In this document: positions 39,662 to 50,027 of the stretch, one piece after another
Layout: the number at the start of each line of letters is the position of its first letter
How positions within the stretch are numbered: position 1 is the first letter of the stretch
IMG/VR virus record: IMGVR_UViG_3300021431_004509
Span: 1 to 64,000 of that record
Source: a virus
Lineage: Duplodnaviria > Caudoviricetes
DNA: 64,000 bases
Reading direction: 5' to 3' (one strand)
The notes under the pieces: model-generated
What the model saw: only the letters and a program-made list of their open reading frames with translations
What the model was told of the DNA's origin: nothing
Databases searched by the model: none
Program-made: the position numbers and the translations under genes

Positions 39662-40404
39662 TTCCTCCTTCCAGAACCGCCGCCGTCCGGCGGGGCAATC
39701 GGCATCACCGGTCCGGAGAAGTGCTTGTAGTAATCTGCAATTCCAAGCTCCTGGTTATCGTCGTCAGTCGTGTTCACTTCCTGCAGCACGAATTTGTAAA
39801 CACCGTTGTCGTTGTATACGCTTGAAAACTTCAGCGGCTTTGTCAACGCGTACGCAAGCATATGCCCGCTTTCGTGATCGTCTATCAAAAATCTGTTCAG
39901 ACGTCCAAGCTTCGCAGTATCCCTGTTCCTCGCAATCGTAACAGCGATACGCGAATCGCCGCGCGTCACAATAAACTGCCGGTCTTCATATTCGCCTGTA
40001 AGGTATTTAGTGCCGTCCTCAACGATGCACCACTGTTCATGAATCACATCATCGTCGTCAACCCATTTCAGCAGATGATTGCACTGCGTCATCTTCGCCC
40101 TCGTGTACACTTCGGTGTTGTAATCCTTCTCCACAACAAGCCAGTGGTTGTCCATCCATTGCACATAGGCGCCGTGGCGAATATCTTCACCGGGCAGTGC
40201 GTAGATGAACTTGGTCTCCAGATTGTCGGTGTTGATGATCGCGACATCGCGATCTTCGTCGTCAACAATCGCATGATGGAAGGATAACGAATGACGCAGC
40301 TTATCTGCCAGCATGCGCTGTTCTCTGCGCAGCGCCGTTTCGCGTCGTGTGTTTCCTCTGACGTCGGCGCGCGCCTGATAAGCATCCCACATATCCATCG
40401 TCAC
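39652..40404 (-). CDS. Putative head closure / head-tail joining protein
   Basis: 'G.YV.W....WLV', 'CN..LKW.D..G'; position. Confidence 0.6.
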   Translation of the reverse strand: MTMDMWDAYQARADVRGNTRRETALRREQRMLADKLRHSLSFHHAIVDDEDRDVAIINTDNLETKFIYALPGEDIRHGAYVQWMDNHWLVVEKDYNTEVYTRAKMTQCNHLLKWVDDDDVIHEQWCIVEDGTKYLTGEYEDRQFIVTRGDSRIAVTIARNRDTAKLGRLNRFLIDDHESGHMLAYALTKPLKFSSVYNDNGVYKFVLQEVNTTDDDNQELGIADYYKHFSGPVMPIAPPDGGGSGRRNWL

Positions 40405-40733
40405 ACCTCCGCATATCTCGCCTTTAATTTGTTGCAGATGGAAATGGCCCGAAAGATCTCGCGGCGTACAATTTTAATATCACAGTCTGCGTGCCCGATC
40501 AGGTACTGCAGAATCGACAGGATGCTTGTAAACTCCGCATCGTTGTGAATCGCGGGAAACAAATCTCTGCACCCGATCAATTCACGCAAAAGGCTGCCCA
40601 TGTAAATGTCCAGCGTATCTTCACCGTTCTCGCGCATCGGAAGAATCTTGAATAAAAGATTCACAAGAGTGGTGAAGTATGATTCCAGGACGCATCCGTC
40701 GATATCGCACCCGTAAATTGTTTCTACAATCAT
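40401..40733 (-). CDS. Hypothetical phage protein
   Basis: 'L.N..FKILP..E', 'V.RE.F..ISI'; translationally coupled. Confidence 0.6.
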   Translation of the reverse strand: MIVETIYGCDIDGCVLESYFTTLVNLLFKILPMRENGEDTLDIYMGSLLRELIGCRDLFPAIHNDAEFTSILSILQYLIGHADCDIKIVRREIFRAISICNKLKARYAEV

Positions 40734-41179
40734 ATATGAAGCACCGTCAGATCTCCGTGGTTATAGCTGTAATCACGGATCATCTGTGTGTAATCTTTCT
40801 TGACCTGCTTGTATGCTTCCCCGATGCGAAGCAGCAGGTTGGCAGGGGAGTACAGCTCGAAGTCTCTTGTGTTCAAGAGATTCTCAAGGTTCTCCTGCCT
40901 GTATAAAAACGGCTTCATCCACTGCATGACCATACCCTCGGATATGATATCGATAAGTTCATCCATGTCATCAACCTTGATGTCCTGGATGAATTCTCTC
41001 GTCTCATCGTCCGCTGTCGTAAACAGATCATACTTGCAGTTTTTACGGAACATGGAAACCGCGGCCTTCAAATAGCCGTCGATGACATCCTGCCTCTCTG
41101 TATGGTTCATCTGCAGGAAGTCATATTCCGATATTTTCGCAAGGAACGCCGCCGTTAAAGTATCATAAGAAAGGCGCAT
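40730..41179 (-). CDS. Putative head-tail adaptor
   Basis: 'FL.KI.EYD', 'RDF..YSPANLL'; position after the capsid genes. Confidence 0.6.
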   Translation of the reverse strand: MRLSYDTLTAAFLAKISEYDFLQMNHTERQDVIDGYLKAAVSMFRKNCKYDLFTTADDETREFIQDIKVDDMDELIDIISEGMVMQWMKPFLYRQENLENLLNTRDFELYSPANLLLRIGEAYKQVKKDYTQMIRDYSYNHGDLTVLHI

Positions 41180-41190
41180 GCCTTACCTCC

Positions 41191-41778
41191 TTACCGTTCA
41201 ACAAGCTGAATACCAAGCGCATCCTCCAGCGCTGCAATCGCCTTGTTGGAGTCGATCCCATTTTCTGCGATCAGCTGTCTGGCACGGTATCCGATCGAAG
41301 CCTTCTGGCCCTCGGATAAACCCGCGATGATCTTCTTGATTTCCTCGGGCTTCTTGGAAAACAGTTCGTCGAACTGATCGAGCGGGAGCGCATTACGGTA
41401 GAACGCTCTCATCCCGAGATAGTCGATGACCCACGAGAACTCCTCGTCAAACATAAACCAGTTGTTGCGGAAGAACGCTTTATCTGCGCTCTTGGCGCTC
41501 TTGAGCTCCTGCAGCTCAATGTCCTGCACTTCATCGAACCCTTCCCACACAAACAGTTCTCCGGTTTTCCTGCTCTTGTAGACCAGTGTTCCCTCAAACC
41601 CGTTGTGTACCGGGATGTACTGATGAATATCTACCTCGGTCGGGATCATCTTTTTCGCAGTCTCGATCGTCTCCGTTTCTTGCTGTGAGTCAGCGGCCGC
41701 CAGCTTTTCCGTGTTCTGATCGGTCGCCGCCGGCTTTGATGCCGCTGTAGTCTTTCTGCTTGTAGTTCTTCCTGCCAT
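41191..41778 (-). CDS. Hypothetical head-region protein
   Basis: AAGGAG SD; directly downstream of the capsid gene. Confidence 0.6.
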   Translation of the reverse strand: MAGRTTSRKTTAASKPAATDQNTEKLAAADSQQETETIETAKKMIPTEVDIHQYIPVHNGFEGTLVYKSRKTGELFVWEGFDEVQDIELQELKSAKSADKAFFRNNWFMFDEEFSWVIDYLGMRAFYRNALPLDQFDELFSKKPEEIKKIIAGLSEGQKASIGYRARQLIAENGIDSNKAIAALEDALGIQLVER

Positions 41779-41804
41779 GTTGATCTCCTTTCAATTCAGT
41801 AAAT

Positions 41805-41829
41805 GGGAGTCCTCTTTATGAGGACTCCC
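41805..41829. other. Hairpin after the major capsid gene (stabiliser or attenuator)
   Basis: GGGAGTCCTC-TTTAT-GAGGACTCCC. Confidence 0.55.
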
Positions 41830-41839
41830 GAAAAAATCT

Positions 41840-42853
41840 TTACGCGCCGATGGTGTAGCAGCCGATGCCGGGGTTGCCGTTGGCAAGCAGAATACCGGTG
41901 CCGTACTTCTGGCCGTACACATACTCCTGGGTCAGGTCAGCGTTGTCGACAGCATCGCGCGGGATCACCAGAGGATCGCCCTCCCAGACAAACTTCAGGG
42001 GCTTGTCATCGCCGGAGATGACGGTCAGCATGTTGTCGTCCATAGCAAACTCGGTGGAACCGACCTTGTGGCGCTGAGGGATCGCCATGCAATTGGTGCC
42101 GTAGAAGTTGCCGTAGTAACCCATGTTGTGCAGCTCTTCCTTCGCACCGTCACTCTGGATGGACTCACGCAGATTCCGCAGAGCCTTCTTGGTGCCGATG
42201 ATGGTGGCCTTCTTGCCGCCGGAAGCAGCCTCAACATGCTCGATCAGGTCAAGCATCTTCCCCTCATCGTAAGCGCCGGCGATAGCATAGGTAGAACCAA
42301 GCTTGGCGGCGGTGGCAGCGCTTGTCCACAGAGAGTAGATGTCGTTGAGCATCTGACGGCGGAAGCTCTCGCCAACCTTGTTGATCATGTGGTTGAAATC
42401 CACACGGCCTGCCAGGATGCGGTTGAGCTCCTCGTAGATGCGGACAATATGCATCTCGGTGGGAATGGACACGGACTCAACGCCGTCCAGGCGCTGACGA
42501 CGGATGCCCTGAGTACCGTCTGCAGCCTTGGCGACCACAAACAGATCGTTGTTCTCGGTGACGAATTCATTCTGGTCACCCTCGGCAACGTTGCGGAAAT
42601 CGACGAGGTTCATGAAGAACTCATCGCCGGTCAGACCTTCGACCACGGTGTTGGCCAGAATGGTCTCGATAATAGCAAACAGGCCGTTGCACTTGCCGTC
42701 GCGGATCGCGCGATAGTCGACCTTGGTAGAACCGTTGTTCGCCTCAATCAGAGCCTGCCGCAGCGTGTCGGTAGCCTCTCTGGCGCTGTACTTCTCGACA
42801 GTGTTATGGTAGGCGTCAACCGCCAGCTTGACAATGTCATTCATTTCAGCCAT
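41840..42853 (-). CDS. Major capsid protein
   Basis: Strong codon bias, 337 aa, after scaffold/decoration; 'VDFRNVA.GD', 'IRRQRL', 'IIGTK.AL'. Confidence 0.8.
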   Translation of the reverse strand: MAEMNDIVKLAVDAYHNTVEKYSAREATDTLRQALIEANNGSTKVDYRAIRDGKCNGLFAIIETILANTVVEGLTGDEFFMNLVDFRNVAEGDQNEFVTENNDLFVVAKAADGTQGIRRQRLDGVESVSIPTEMHIVRIYEELNRILAGRVDFNHMINKVGESFRRQMLNDIYSLWTSAATAAKLGSTYAIAGAYDEGKMLDLIEHVEAASGGKKATIIGTKKALRNLRESIQSDGAKEELHNMGYYGNFYGTNCMAIPQRHKVGSTEFAMDDNMLTVISGDDKPLKFVWEGDPLVIPRDAVDNADLTQEYVYGQKYGTGILLANGNPGIGCYTIGA

Positions 42854-42890
42854 TGTAATTTCCTCCTTAAAACAAAATAGCCTGGTCGGA

Positions 42891-43415
42891 TTAACCGATC
42901 AGGATAACGAAGTAGGTGTGCTTGCCCACAACGTCGATGGCAATGATCTTGCCAACCTGGGTGGAGCCTGCAGTGGCAGAAGCAGCCACATTCAGCTTGG
43001 TGCCGGCCTTCAGCTCGACAACATTGCCGATCGCAGGATTCTCGACGCCGTCGAGAGCAGCCTTGGTCACGGAGAAGATGCCGCCCTCGTGAAGCCGATA
43101 ACCGCGGCAAATCTTGCCCTCAGCATTGAAATAGTTTTCCAGACCCTTGATACGCTCGTCATACAGCACCTCGGGGGAAGCGACAAGGACAACGTCCTTC
43201 AGCGCAGTATTGGCGGCGGGGGCGGAGCCGACAAAAACCTCGCGCTCATAACCGTTGGTAGCATCGCCCTCCAGAGCGCCAACCTGCAGCACATTGCCGT
43301 TGTCGATCGCGGTGGGAGTCTTGCCGTCAGCACCAAGATACTTGATGGAGACGAGAGCTTCGCGGACGTCAGTGCCGCGCATATTGTCCGTACGAACAAC
43401 ACCATGAATAGCCAT
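42891..43415 (-). CDS. Capsid decoration/cement protein
   Basis: 'IDNGNV..VG', 'SPEV.YD', 'RGYRL..G.IFSVT'; CAGGAGG SD; high codon bias. Confidence 0.65.
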   Translation of the reverse strand: MAIHGVVRTDNMRGTDVREALVSIKYLGADGKTPTAIDNGNVLQVGALEGDATNGYEREVFVGSAPAANTALKDVVLVASPEVLYDERIKGLENYFNAEGKICRGYRLHEGGIFSVTKAALDGVENPAIGNVVELKAGTKLNVAASATAGSTQVGKIIAIDVVGKHTYFVILIG

Positions 43416-43437
43416 AGTTAATACCTCCTGATTTGTT

Positions 43438-45033
43438 TTAGTCGCGGCTTGTCCCAAATCTCTGGAACAGTCCGCCGTAAGGCTCGTTCTCTTCAGCCTC
43501 ATTCTGTTTCACGACTCTCAATTTGGGAGCCTTATCTTTTGCAGCAAATTTCTCGCTGGAGCTGTTGATTCTTCCCCTGATGGCGAAGCACTTCTCCTCC
43601 AGCTCGGCAATGCTGATGCCGTCGCATGCGCCTCTCAGCGCCTCAAAAGCGTCGCAGCCGGAAAGGTCCTCAAACGCAGCAAACACGCTCTCGCGCTCTG
43701 CGTCCTCATGTGCTTTCTCTGCGTTTGCCTTGTACTCACGGAGTTCCTGAATATCTGCTGTGTCCTGCTTCAGATGCTCCAGCTCGTCAGAAATCTTGTT
43801 GAATTTTTCTGACCACTCTTCGTCGTTCCGGTTATAAGCAGCCTCTGCTGCCTCGAACATCGCGCCCATCTCACTCGCAGCGCCGTCACCTGCGGCGTCA
43901 TCGAACTCAACAAACGCTCTCTTCATCCGCTTGCCGCTGTTGAAGTCAATAGCGGGAACGTCTCCGTTCATGGTAAACGGGAACCCGAAAATGTTCCAGG
44001 ACTGCGTATCTGTCGCATATACCATCCCGGCGTCTGCGTCATAATCCTCGAAACAATAGGCCGGTTCAAGACCCCACGGTTTCATGACTGTCTTCTCCCG
44101 AAGAGCGTCGCCAAGGACTTTGCGCATATTGCCGGAAAGCTCAAAATTCGCAGGGACGCCATCCTCCGCTGCCTGGTTGTCTTCATCCGCAGCGTCGGCT
44201 TTCATCGCCTCAAATTTTTCACGCAGCTCTTCAACAGAGAAATCGTCGATCGAAAAATCAAGCGCATCGGCGTCGAGCTCAAACTCAGCAAGCAATGCAA
44301 GTTTTTCGTCCAAAACTCTTCCTCCTTCCGTAAAAGTGTTTTCTTCTTGTGTATGTATCTCAATCTCCGCAGTTGGAGGATTGATCGTGGAGAATGTTTC
44401 TCTCAGCTCTGCCATCATCTGGTTCATCTTCTCCTTGAACGCAGAAGCTTCAAACACCTCAAGGGCGCTGCCCTCAAAGCACGGACTTGCAGATTCCAGC
44501 AGGCACAGAGCTTCAAACTCAAAGGAATCCACCGTGACATAGTCGGAGTCCTCATCCTTGTGAAATGCCAGAATGTTGACCTCCATTGAGTGGTCAACAT
44601 GCCCGTCAAGATCCTGTGTAATATGGCGGTAAACCTCCTGCCGCTTCCAAAGGATCACAGGCTCGATTTTCAGATAATTGTGCTCAACGCCGTTTTCATC
44701 CGTTTCTACAGAAAAAGACGCCTCCACACTCTCCGGCACAACACCGCACGGCTCTGTCAAATTGCGCAGACGAAATCCGTTTTCGTCCTTCACGAGTTCA
44801 ACATCGTGCGAACCGATTTCATTTGCCTCAATGTCGTAATGCGCAACAATCGGGATGTTACGCAGCGACGGCAGCGCCGCCTCAACAACATCCTGTGAGA
44901 AAGCACTGCCGTTTTGATTTTCGCCGGTATACATGACCTTCAGTTTCCCCTCCGCGAAGGAGGAGTTCAGGTCGACAATATTGTCAATGGATGCGCTGTC
45001 AAAGCGCAGATTCATTTTTGCCATGTCACTCAC
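43438..45033 (-). CDS. Prohead protease/scaffold fusion
   Basis: 'G.N.NGS', 'PIV.HY', 'HSMEV', 'F.ALCLL...PCF..S' followed by an acidic coiled coil. Confidence 0.75.
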   Translation of the reverse strand: MSDMAKMNLRFDSASIDNIVDLNSSFAEGKLKVMYTGENQNGSAFSQDVVEAALPSLRNIPIVAHYDIEANEIGSHDVELVKDENGFRLRNLTEPCGVVPESVEASFSVETDENGVEHNYLKIEPVILWKRQEVYRHITQDLDGHVDHSMEVNILAFHKDEDSDYVTVDSFEFEALCLLESASPCFEGSALEVFEASAFKEKMNQMMAELRETFSTINPPTAEIEIHTQEENTFTEGGRVLDEKLALLAEFELDADALDFSIDDFSVEELREKFEAMKADAADEDNQAAEDGVPANFELSGNMRKVLGDALREKTVMKPWGLEPAYCFEDYDADAGMVYATDTQSWNIFGFPFTMNGDVPAIDFNSGKRMKRAFVEFDDAAGDGAASEMGAMFEAAEAAYNRNDEEWSEKFNKISDELEHLKQDTADIQELREYKANAEKAHEDAERESVFAAFEDLSGCDAFEALRGACDGISIAELEEKCFAIRGRINSSSEKFAAKDKAPKLRVVKQNEAEENEPYGGLFQRFGTSRD

Positions 45034-45040
45034 CGCCGCT

Positions 45041-45232
45041 TTACTGGTCAGGGCGACCGGTGAAAACCAGCTTGGAACTGATCACCCTTTCCATGTCGTC
45101 CCCGATCTTTGCAGAAAATGATGGGTTGTTCAGAAAAACCCACATCTTCGCACTGTCATCAGCGTGTATCATGGCAAAGCCGATCCGCAGCAACTTGTCG
45201 CGATCAGCCTCCTTAAAAACATAGATAAACAT
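45041..45232 (-). CDS. Small hypothetical protein
   Basis: 'FIYVF....RD.LL..GF' ORF between portal and protease. Confidence 0.55.
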   Translation of the reverse strand: MFIYVFKEADRDKLLRIGFAMIHADDSAKMWVFLNNPSFSAKIGDDMERVISSKLVFTGRPDQ

Positions 45233-45247
45233 AGCGATAACCTCTCT

Positions 45248-46741
45248 TTACCAATCGTCTGAGTCTTCTCTGGATTGTTCGCCGGAATCCGTCAGATCAC
45301 CATCTTCGACAGTCGGTCTGCCAGGTTCTCCGCCTGTCGGTGAATTGTTTGCCTGACTTATCTGCGCTGAGTTGCGCAGCGGTCGGAACATATCCTGGAG
45401 CCCAAGAACCTCTCCCTCAAGATAACTCATGCTGTCGATCTCTGCCTGGCCAAGCCCCTGAGACGCACAGTAGAAAGAGATCATTGGCATCCCATACTCA
45501 CACGCCTTCAGATATTGGTCGCCCATTTCCTTCCTGTTATATGGCGACACATCCAGGAAGGTTACCTTCCAGTACCTGCCATAGCTCTGACGCCGCAGGA
45601 AACGATTGACAACTTCCTCCAGACTCTTCACGATTCCAAAGGTAATCATCTGGTCCGCCTTAATGCTGAGCAGCAACGCGTTCGCAGAAGCCTTTGGATT
45701 GTTGAACAGCAGGGAAGACACACCGGCCGCCGTGAACAAATTCTGTTCCGAGTCGGCAACTGTGTCGTTTTCTCCATTGTTTGATCGTTCAAAGCTGATC
45801 TTACTCAACTCCATTGGCGAAAGGATCGATCCGATCTCCTCTGGCAGGATCGCATCAAGATTCTGCCAGAAGTCAACCGCTCTGTTGTAGTCGAGCTGCC
45901 ATTCGCCGTTGTCTGTGAGGCCGAGCTTCATCACGATCATGGCGTAGTTTTCCAGCGCCGTCTTCGTCAGTTTCAGATCTTTGTAATCTTCAATGTCGTA
46001 GAGCTCCCGCAAAATCCCAGCGAAAGGCGGCAGCGGGTAGTCCAGGATGTCTACGTTGCATTTAACAGCAAATGAATTTGGTGAGTCCAGTTCGATCCAC
46101 CTGCACTTTATCCTGTCTTTCTTGTAGATACTCTCATACTTGTACCGAAACTCTTCCGGATAAAACTCAAGCAGATCCTGGTGCGTGTCGAAATAGGAGA
46201 AATCAAACGTAACATTCAGCACGTTCTCCTCAATGGTAGTAATCTGACAGTAATCGCTTGGCAGCTGCTGGATGATGATATCATCAGGCGTTACCCACAT
46301 CGTCCCGTAAAAGACGTCCTCGCGCAAACAAACAGTCAGAATCTTGGGGAACTGGGACTTTACATGCATCGCAGACATCGCCGCAAGAACCTTTCTGTAA
46401 TTGCGGTTTACGGTTTCAATGTTCGCCTTCTTCGGGTCGATCTTATGCGGCGATACCACATAAGCCAGATCGGACAGACCTACAAAGTACTGTATCAATC
46501 TCCTGAAATGGGAGCTTGCCCCATACAGGTACAGCACGGCCTTCCGCAGCTGCTTTTCATAGCGATATGGGTTCGCAATGAAACGTGATATGTCTTCCTT
46601 CGTATACCGGACAAAGGTCGGCGTATTGCGGTAGTTGTTCAAATCCCTGGTGATCAGACGATTGATCAGCGCAAATCTCCTGGATAGACCAAATTCGCCC
46701 CTTACCTCGTTAGCTCCACCCGCGGGCTTCTTCTCTTCCAT
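45248..46741 (-). CDS. Portal protein
   Basis: 497 aa directly after the large terminase; 'AGVS.LLFN' motif. Confidence 0.8.
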   Translation of the reverse strand: MEEKKPAGGANEVRGEFGLSRRFALINRLITRDLNNYRNTPTFVRYTKEDISRFIANPYRYEKQLRKAVLYLYGASSHFRRLIQYFVGLSDLAYVVSPHKIDPKKANIETVNRNYRKVLAAMSAMHVKSQFPKILTVCLREDVFYGTMWVTPDDIIIQQLPSDYCQITTIEENVLNVTFDFSYFDTHQDLLEFYPEEFRYKYESIYKKDRIKCRWIELDSPNSFAVKCNVDILDYPLPPFAGILRELYDIEDYKDLKLTKTALENYAMIVMKLGLTDNGEWQLDYNRAVDFWQNLDAILPEEIGSILSPMELSKISFERSNNGENDTVADSEQNLFTAAGVSSLLFNNPKASANALLLSIKADQMITFGIVKSLEEVVNRFLRRQSYGRYWKVTFLDVSPYNRKEMGDQYLKACEYGMPMISFYCASQGLGQAEIDSMSYLEGEVLGLQDMFRPLRNSAQISQANNSPTGGEPGRPTVEDGDLTDSGEQSREDSDDW

Positions 46742-48509
46742 AGGCTCTCGTCACCGTCCTCCTTCCGTATTTAGGTGCCTTCATAATGAAGTTGTCCTTT
46801 GTTAAAGATGTTGCGTTGTTCCGCCTTGCGGTCTTTGCCTCAATCTGAGTCGCAACATAGTAGTTGTAAGCGAGGCTGGAGTAGCGGTCCTTCCGCGCCC
46901 CCGCCTTTTCATATATCCTTACCCTTCCGTTCGTTTCGTCGTGCTGCAGTCGAACCAGCTCGTCAATTAAAAGCGTCGTGTTGATGTATGGCATCTGCAG
47001 CGCAAGCTTTTCAGGCGGGTTCAGCTTCGCATAACCGCCAACGTCGCACAGCAATTCGTCAGCGTCATACTCATTGACAAGCAGCCTGACGCGTCCGCTC
47101 CTGAATCCGTCACGCAGCAAGATCGCGCAGTCGCTGTTTACCTGTGCAGTTGCCTTCATCGCCCAAATTACTTTTGGTGCGTTCGGCACCGTGCAGCGTT
47201 CCGCCATCGTCTGGTCGTTGCAGCAGGAAAGGGCAGGGTAGACCTCCCCTGTATCCGGATCGCTGATATCCCTGACAAGGGCGTCGTAACATCCCATGCC
47301 TACGCCCTGGCAGTCCAGCACAATGTAGTCGCAGTCAAACTCGTCGAAGTACTTGCGAATCAGCAGTGCCTGATCGTCCGTATGCACGCCCTCCATTGAA
47401 TCCGTAAATACAAAATTACTGGTGTATCTCCCGGCCTTCGTCGGCGTCATCTGGTTGAGGAACACAGCTGTCGCGTCGTTGTTGTGCTTTTTGCTCGACA
47501 TCAATGCAATATCCGCAGAAAGGATACGGATCTCTCCCGGCTGTTTTGGCGGTATGGAAACATTGGATACGTTTTTACCTCCTCCAAATTTCGCCGCCAG
47601 CCGTGTGGGATACATTGGATATTTGAGATGGCGATTCTTCGCCACCACGTTGTAATCAAAAAAGGACCCGTCCCCTGCACCCCAGAAGACCGCGTCCATT
47701 TCCATCGCCCACTTGACTTCCGTAAAATCTGCCTCCGTCATCTCTGCCTCCACGTCGTCCATGAAAAGCAGATCCTCGATAACGGCAAGCTGCCACGGCA
47801 AGCCAACTATAAAATTGTCTTTTCCGCCGCGGAGCATTCGCACACAGGTGTCTGTGCATTTCAAATAGCTCCAGTGATCTTGATAGTAGCCTGAGCTGAA
47901 GTAAAGCGTACGGTTGCGCTCCTTCTGCTTTTCGGATTTCTTCTCTTCCTTGGTAAGCTCCGAGTAAACCGGCGCTCTCGCAGAGGAGAGGAACTTTCTC
48001 AGGATCGTGTCGATCGTGTCTTTGTTGATCAGGCGGAACTCGTCCAGAATCAGAACGTGTGCGCGGTTGCCTCGCGCGCTTTCGCCAGCCGTGACAACCT
48101 TGATATACGATCCGTTCCGGAACATGATGATAGCGTTCGTCCCGTTCACCTTCGTTTGCTTCCAGTCGATCTCGGCATTAAGCTCTCTGGAGAGCGGGAC
48201 AAGGTCTACCATGACCTTTTCTAAAATATTTATTGCCTGACCACGCGTCCCCGACGCAACACATATTTTTGTGTGCGGGTACAGGATTGCACGGAAGCAG
48301 CAATAAATCGCACATAAAAACGACTTTCCTTGACCTCTCGAAGCGATATAGATAAACACAACGTTGATGTTCATCATAAACAGCAGGATCTTCTGAAACA
48401 GCTTCAGTTCAAGATGCAGATAGTCCGCCGCAAAGCGGTGCGGATTCGCTCTGTAATACGCAGCCCAAAGCGCGGCCCCGTTCAGTATGCGCTCATATCT
48501 GGACGTCAT
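46710..48509 (-). CDS. terL: Terminase large subunit
   Basis: Walker A 'ASRGQGKS', Walker B 'LILDEFR', nuclease 'SADIA', 'VLD..G.G', 'KDRYSS'. Confidence 0.92.
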   Translation of the reverse strand: MTSRYERILNGAALWAAYYRANPHRFAADYLHLELKLFQKILLFMMNINVVFIYIASRGQGKSFLCAIYCCFRAILYPHTKICVASGTRGQAINILEKVMVDLVPLSRELNAEIDWKQTKVNGTNAIIMFRNGSYIKVVTAGESARGNRAHVLILDEFRLINKDTIDTILRKFLSSARAPVYSELTKEEKKSEKQKERNRTLYFSSGYYQDHWSYLKCTDTCVRMLRGGKDNFIVGLPWQLAVIEDLLFMDDVEAEMTEADFTEVKWAMEMDAVFWGAGDGSFFDYNVVAKNRHLKYPMYPTRLAAKFGGGKNVSNVSIPPKQPGEIRILSADIALMSSKKHNNDATAVFLNQMTPTKAGRYTSNFVFTDSMEGVHTDDQALLIRKYFDEFDCDYIVLDCQGVGMGCYDALVRDISDPDTGEVYPALSCCNDQTMAERCTVPNAPKVIWAMKATAQVNSDCAILLRDGFRSGRVRLLVNEYDADELLCDVGGYAKLNPPEKLALQMPYINTTLLIDELVRLQHDETNGRVRIYEKAGARKDRYSSLAYNYYVATQIEAKTARRNNATSLTKDNFIMKAPKYGRRTVTRAYGREEARGWS

Positions 48510-49537
48510 CCGCCATCACCGCCGCCGGAGAAGATCTGGTTGAACAATTCCTCGTCGTCGTCTTCTTCAACCTCATCGTTCTCGATTCGGTATTCGGCAA
48601 GCGCGTCTTCATACATCTTGCAGTATGTATTTTTAATTCCAAGCATCTTGCATAGATGCCCGAGAAACCATGTCGTCACATACTTTACAATATGGTCCAC
48701 ATCTTTCAGCTCCGGGTCTGGCTCCGGTACCGGACGCTTGTTCTCCCAGCGATCGATCCAGATGCCAAACGGCGTTTTGTCAAACGCCGCGTCGCCCTCG
48801 CTGCCTTGCCCCATGCGCTGGTTCAAACTGTTGATCAGCTTGTCCAACATACCGATCTGTTTTTCAACCGCCTTCCCGTTAGCACGGTCTCGGTTGATGT
48901 CGATCTCAAGGTTGCATATCTGCCGGATCAATGCTTCCATTCCGGCGTCCATCGTTGTACCGTCAGGCAAATTGTTCTGCCAGTAGAGTCTTCTCTGTTC
49001 GAGGCTCTGGTACATCTCTGCGTCGTACCCGGGCCCCCAGTATTCAATGGTACTCTCCGATATATCGTCAATGCTGACGTCTATTTGCGTCGGTGCCTCT
49101 TTGATGCTCTCGATAACGCGATCAATATCTACATCCGTCTCTGCCTGTTTTGTCTCTGCAACCTCGCCCCATAGTGCTCCTTCTTCGCGCAGCGTATCGT
49201 CGTACGATTTCCCGGAATACTGTGCATTGTTGATCCTCGATACATAACTTGCAAACACGGACCTCGTCCCATGCTTCTTCGAAGCCGTAATGTAAATGTC
49301 TCTGTTCCAGTATAAATCGAGCTTCCTGCACATTTGCCGCGTTGCTTTTTCTTCGTCGCCACATTCTGTATAGTACGCGCTGAACATCTTGCTGACGCAC
49401 TCCCTGCAGTACGGCATAAACCCAGTACCTTTGTATAAATAGGCATAGCTCGGCAGGAAATACCCGCTCAGTTTTCCATATGCGCGCCCGCATTTTCTGC
49501 ACACAGTGCTGGATGCGTTGATCTCAATCCCGGCCAT
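48506..49537 (-). CDS. Zn-finger protein upstream of TerL (candidate terminase small subunit)
   Basis: CRKC/CREC pairs, 'FG.WI...EN..P', acidic tail; overlaps the terL start. Confidence 0.65.
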   Translation of the reverse strand: MAGIEINASSTVCRKCGRAYGKLSGYFLPSYAYLYKGTGFMPYCRECVSKMFSAYYTECGDEEKATRQMCRKLDLYWNRDIYITASKKHGTRSVFASYVSRINNAQYSGKSYDDTLREEGALWGEVAETKQAETDVDIDRVIESIKEAPTQIDVSIDDISESTIEYWGPGYDAEMYQSLEQRRLYWQNNLPDGTTMDAGMEALIRQICNLEIDINRDRANGKAVEKQIGMLDKLINSLNQRMGQGSEGDAAFDKTPFGIWIDRWENKRPVPEPDPELKDVDHIVKYVTTWFLGHLCKMLGIKNTYCKMYEDALAEYRIENDEVEEDDDEELFNQIFSGGGDGG

Positions 49538-50007
49538 TACAGCGCCTCGTCTTCCTCGTCGTCGTACACCGGCTTCGGTAAATAGCTGTCCGGGTCGTCG
49601 TCGTCCTTTTGCAAACCAAACACACGGGCAGCAGCAAGTAGTCTTTGGCCTGGTCTGAATTTCGGTCTGAACCCAGCCGGGATCTCATGCCAGATTTCTT
49701 CGTTTGGTTCACGTACCCTGTGGGCCGCTGCGTGTCTCACACTAAGTGTCCCAAAGTTCCTGATATTCACTGTCTCGCCGTGTCTCATCGCGTCTTCTAC
49801 CAGACACAGCATCGCGTCCAAAATATTCTGGACGTCCGTCGCCGTGTACAGCATACGTTTGTCGGCACGCGCAACAGAGAACGTTGCGTCGGCACCGCTG
49901 CTTTCCTGTGTTACGCGGAAAGTCTCGTTTTTTAATGTAATCGGCTTGCGGATATCGTTTTCTCTCAGGACATCCACTGTAGCCGTGATCAGTTCCTTTT
50001 TATTCAT
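49537..50007 (-). CDS. HU/IHF-family DNA-binding protein
   Basis: 'MNKKELI', 'GE.V.I..FGT.....AA..V..P......IPA...P.F.PG'. Confidence 0.85.
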   Translation of the reverse strand: MNKKELITATVDVLRENDIRKPITLKNETFRVTQESSGADATFSVARADKRMLYTATDVQNILDAMLCLVEDAMRHGETVNIRNFGTLSVRHAAAHRVREPNEEIWHEIPAGFRPKFRPGQRLLAAARVFGLQKDDDDPDSYLPKPVYDDEEDEAL

Positions 50008-50027
50008 AATCCTCTCGTCCTCCTGCC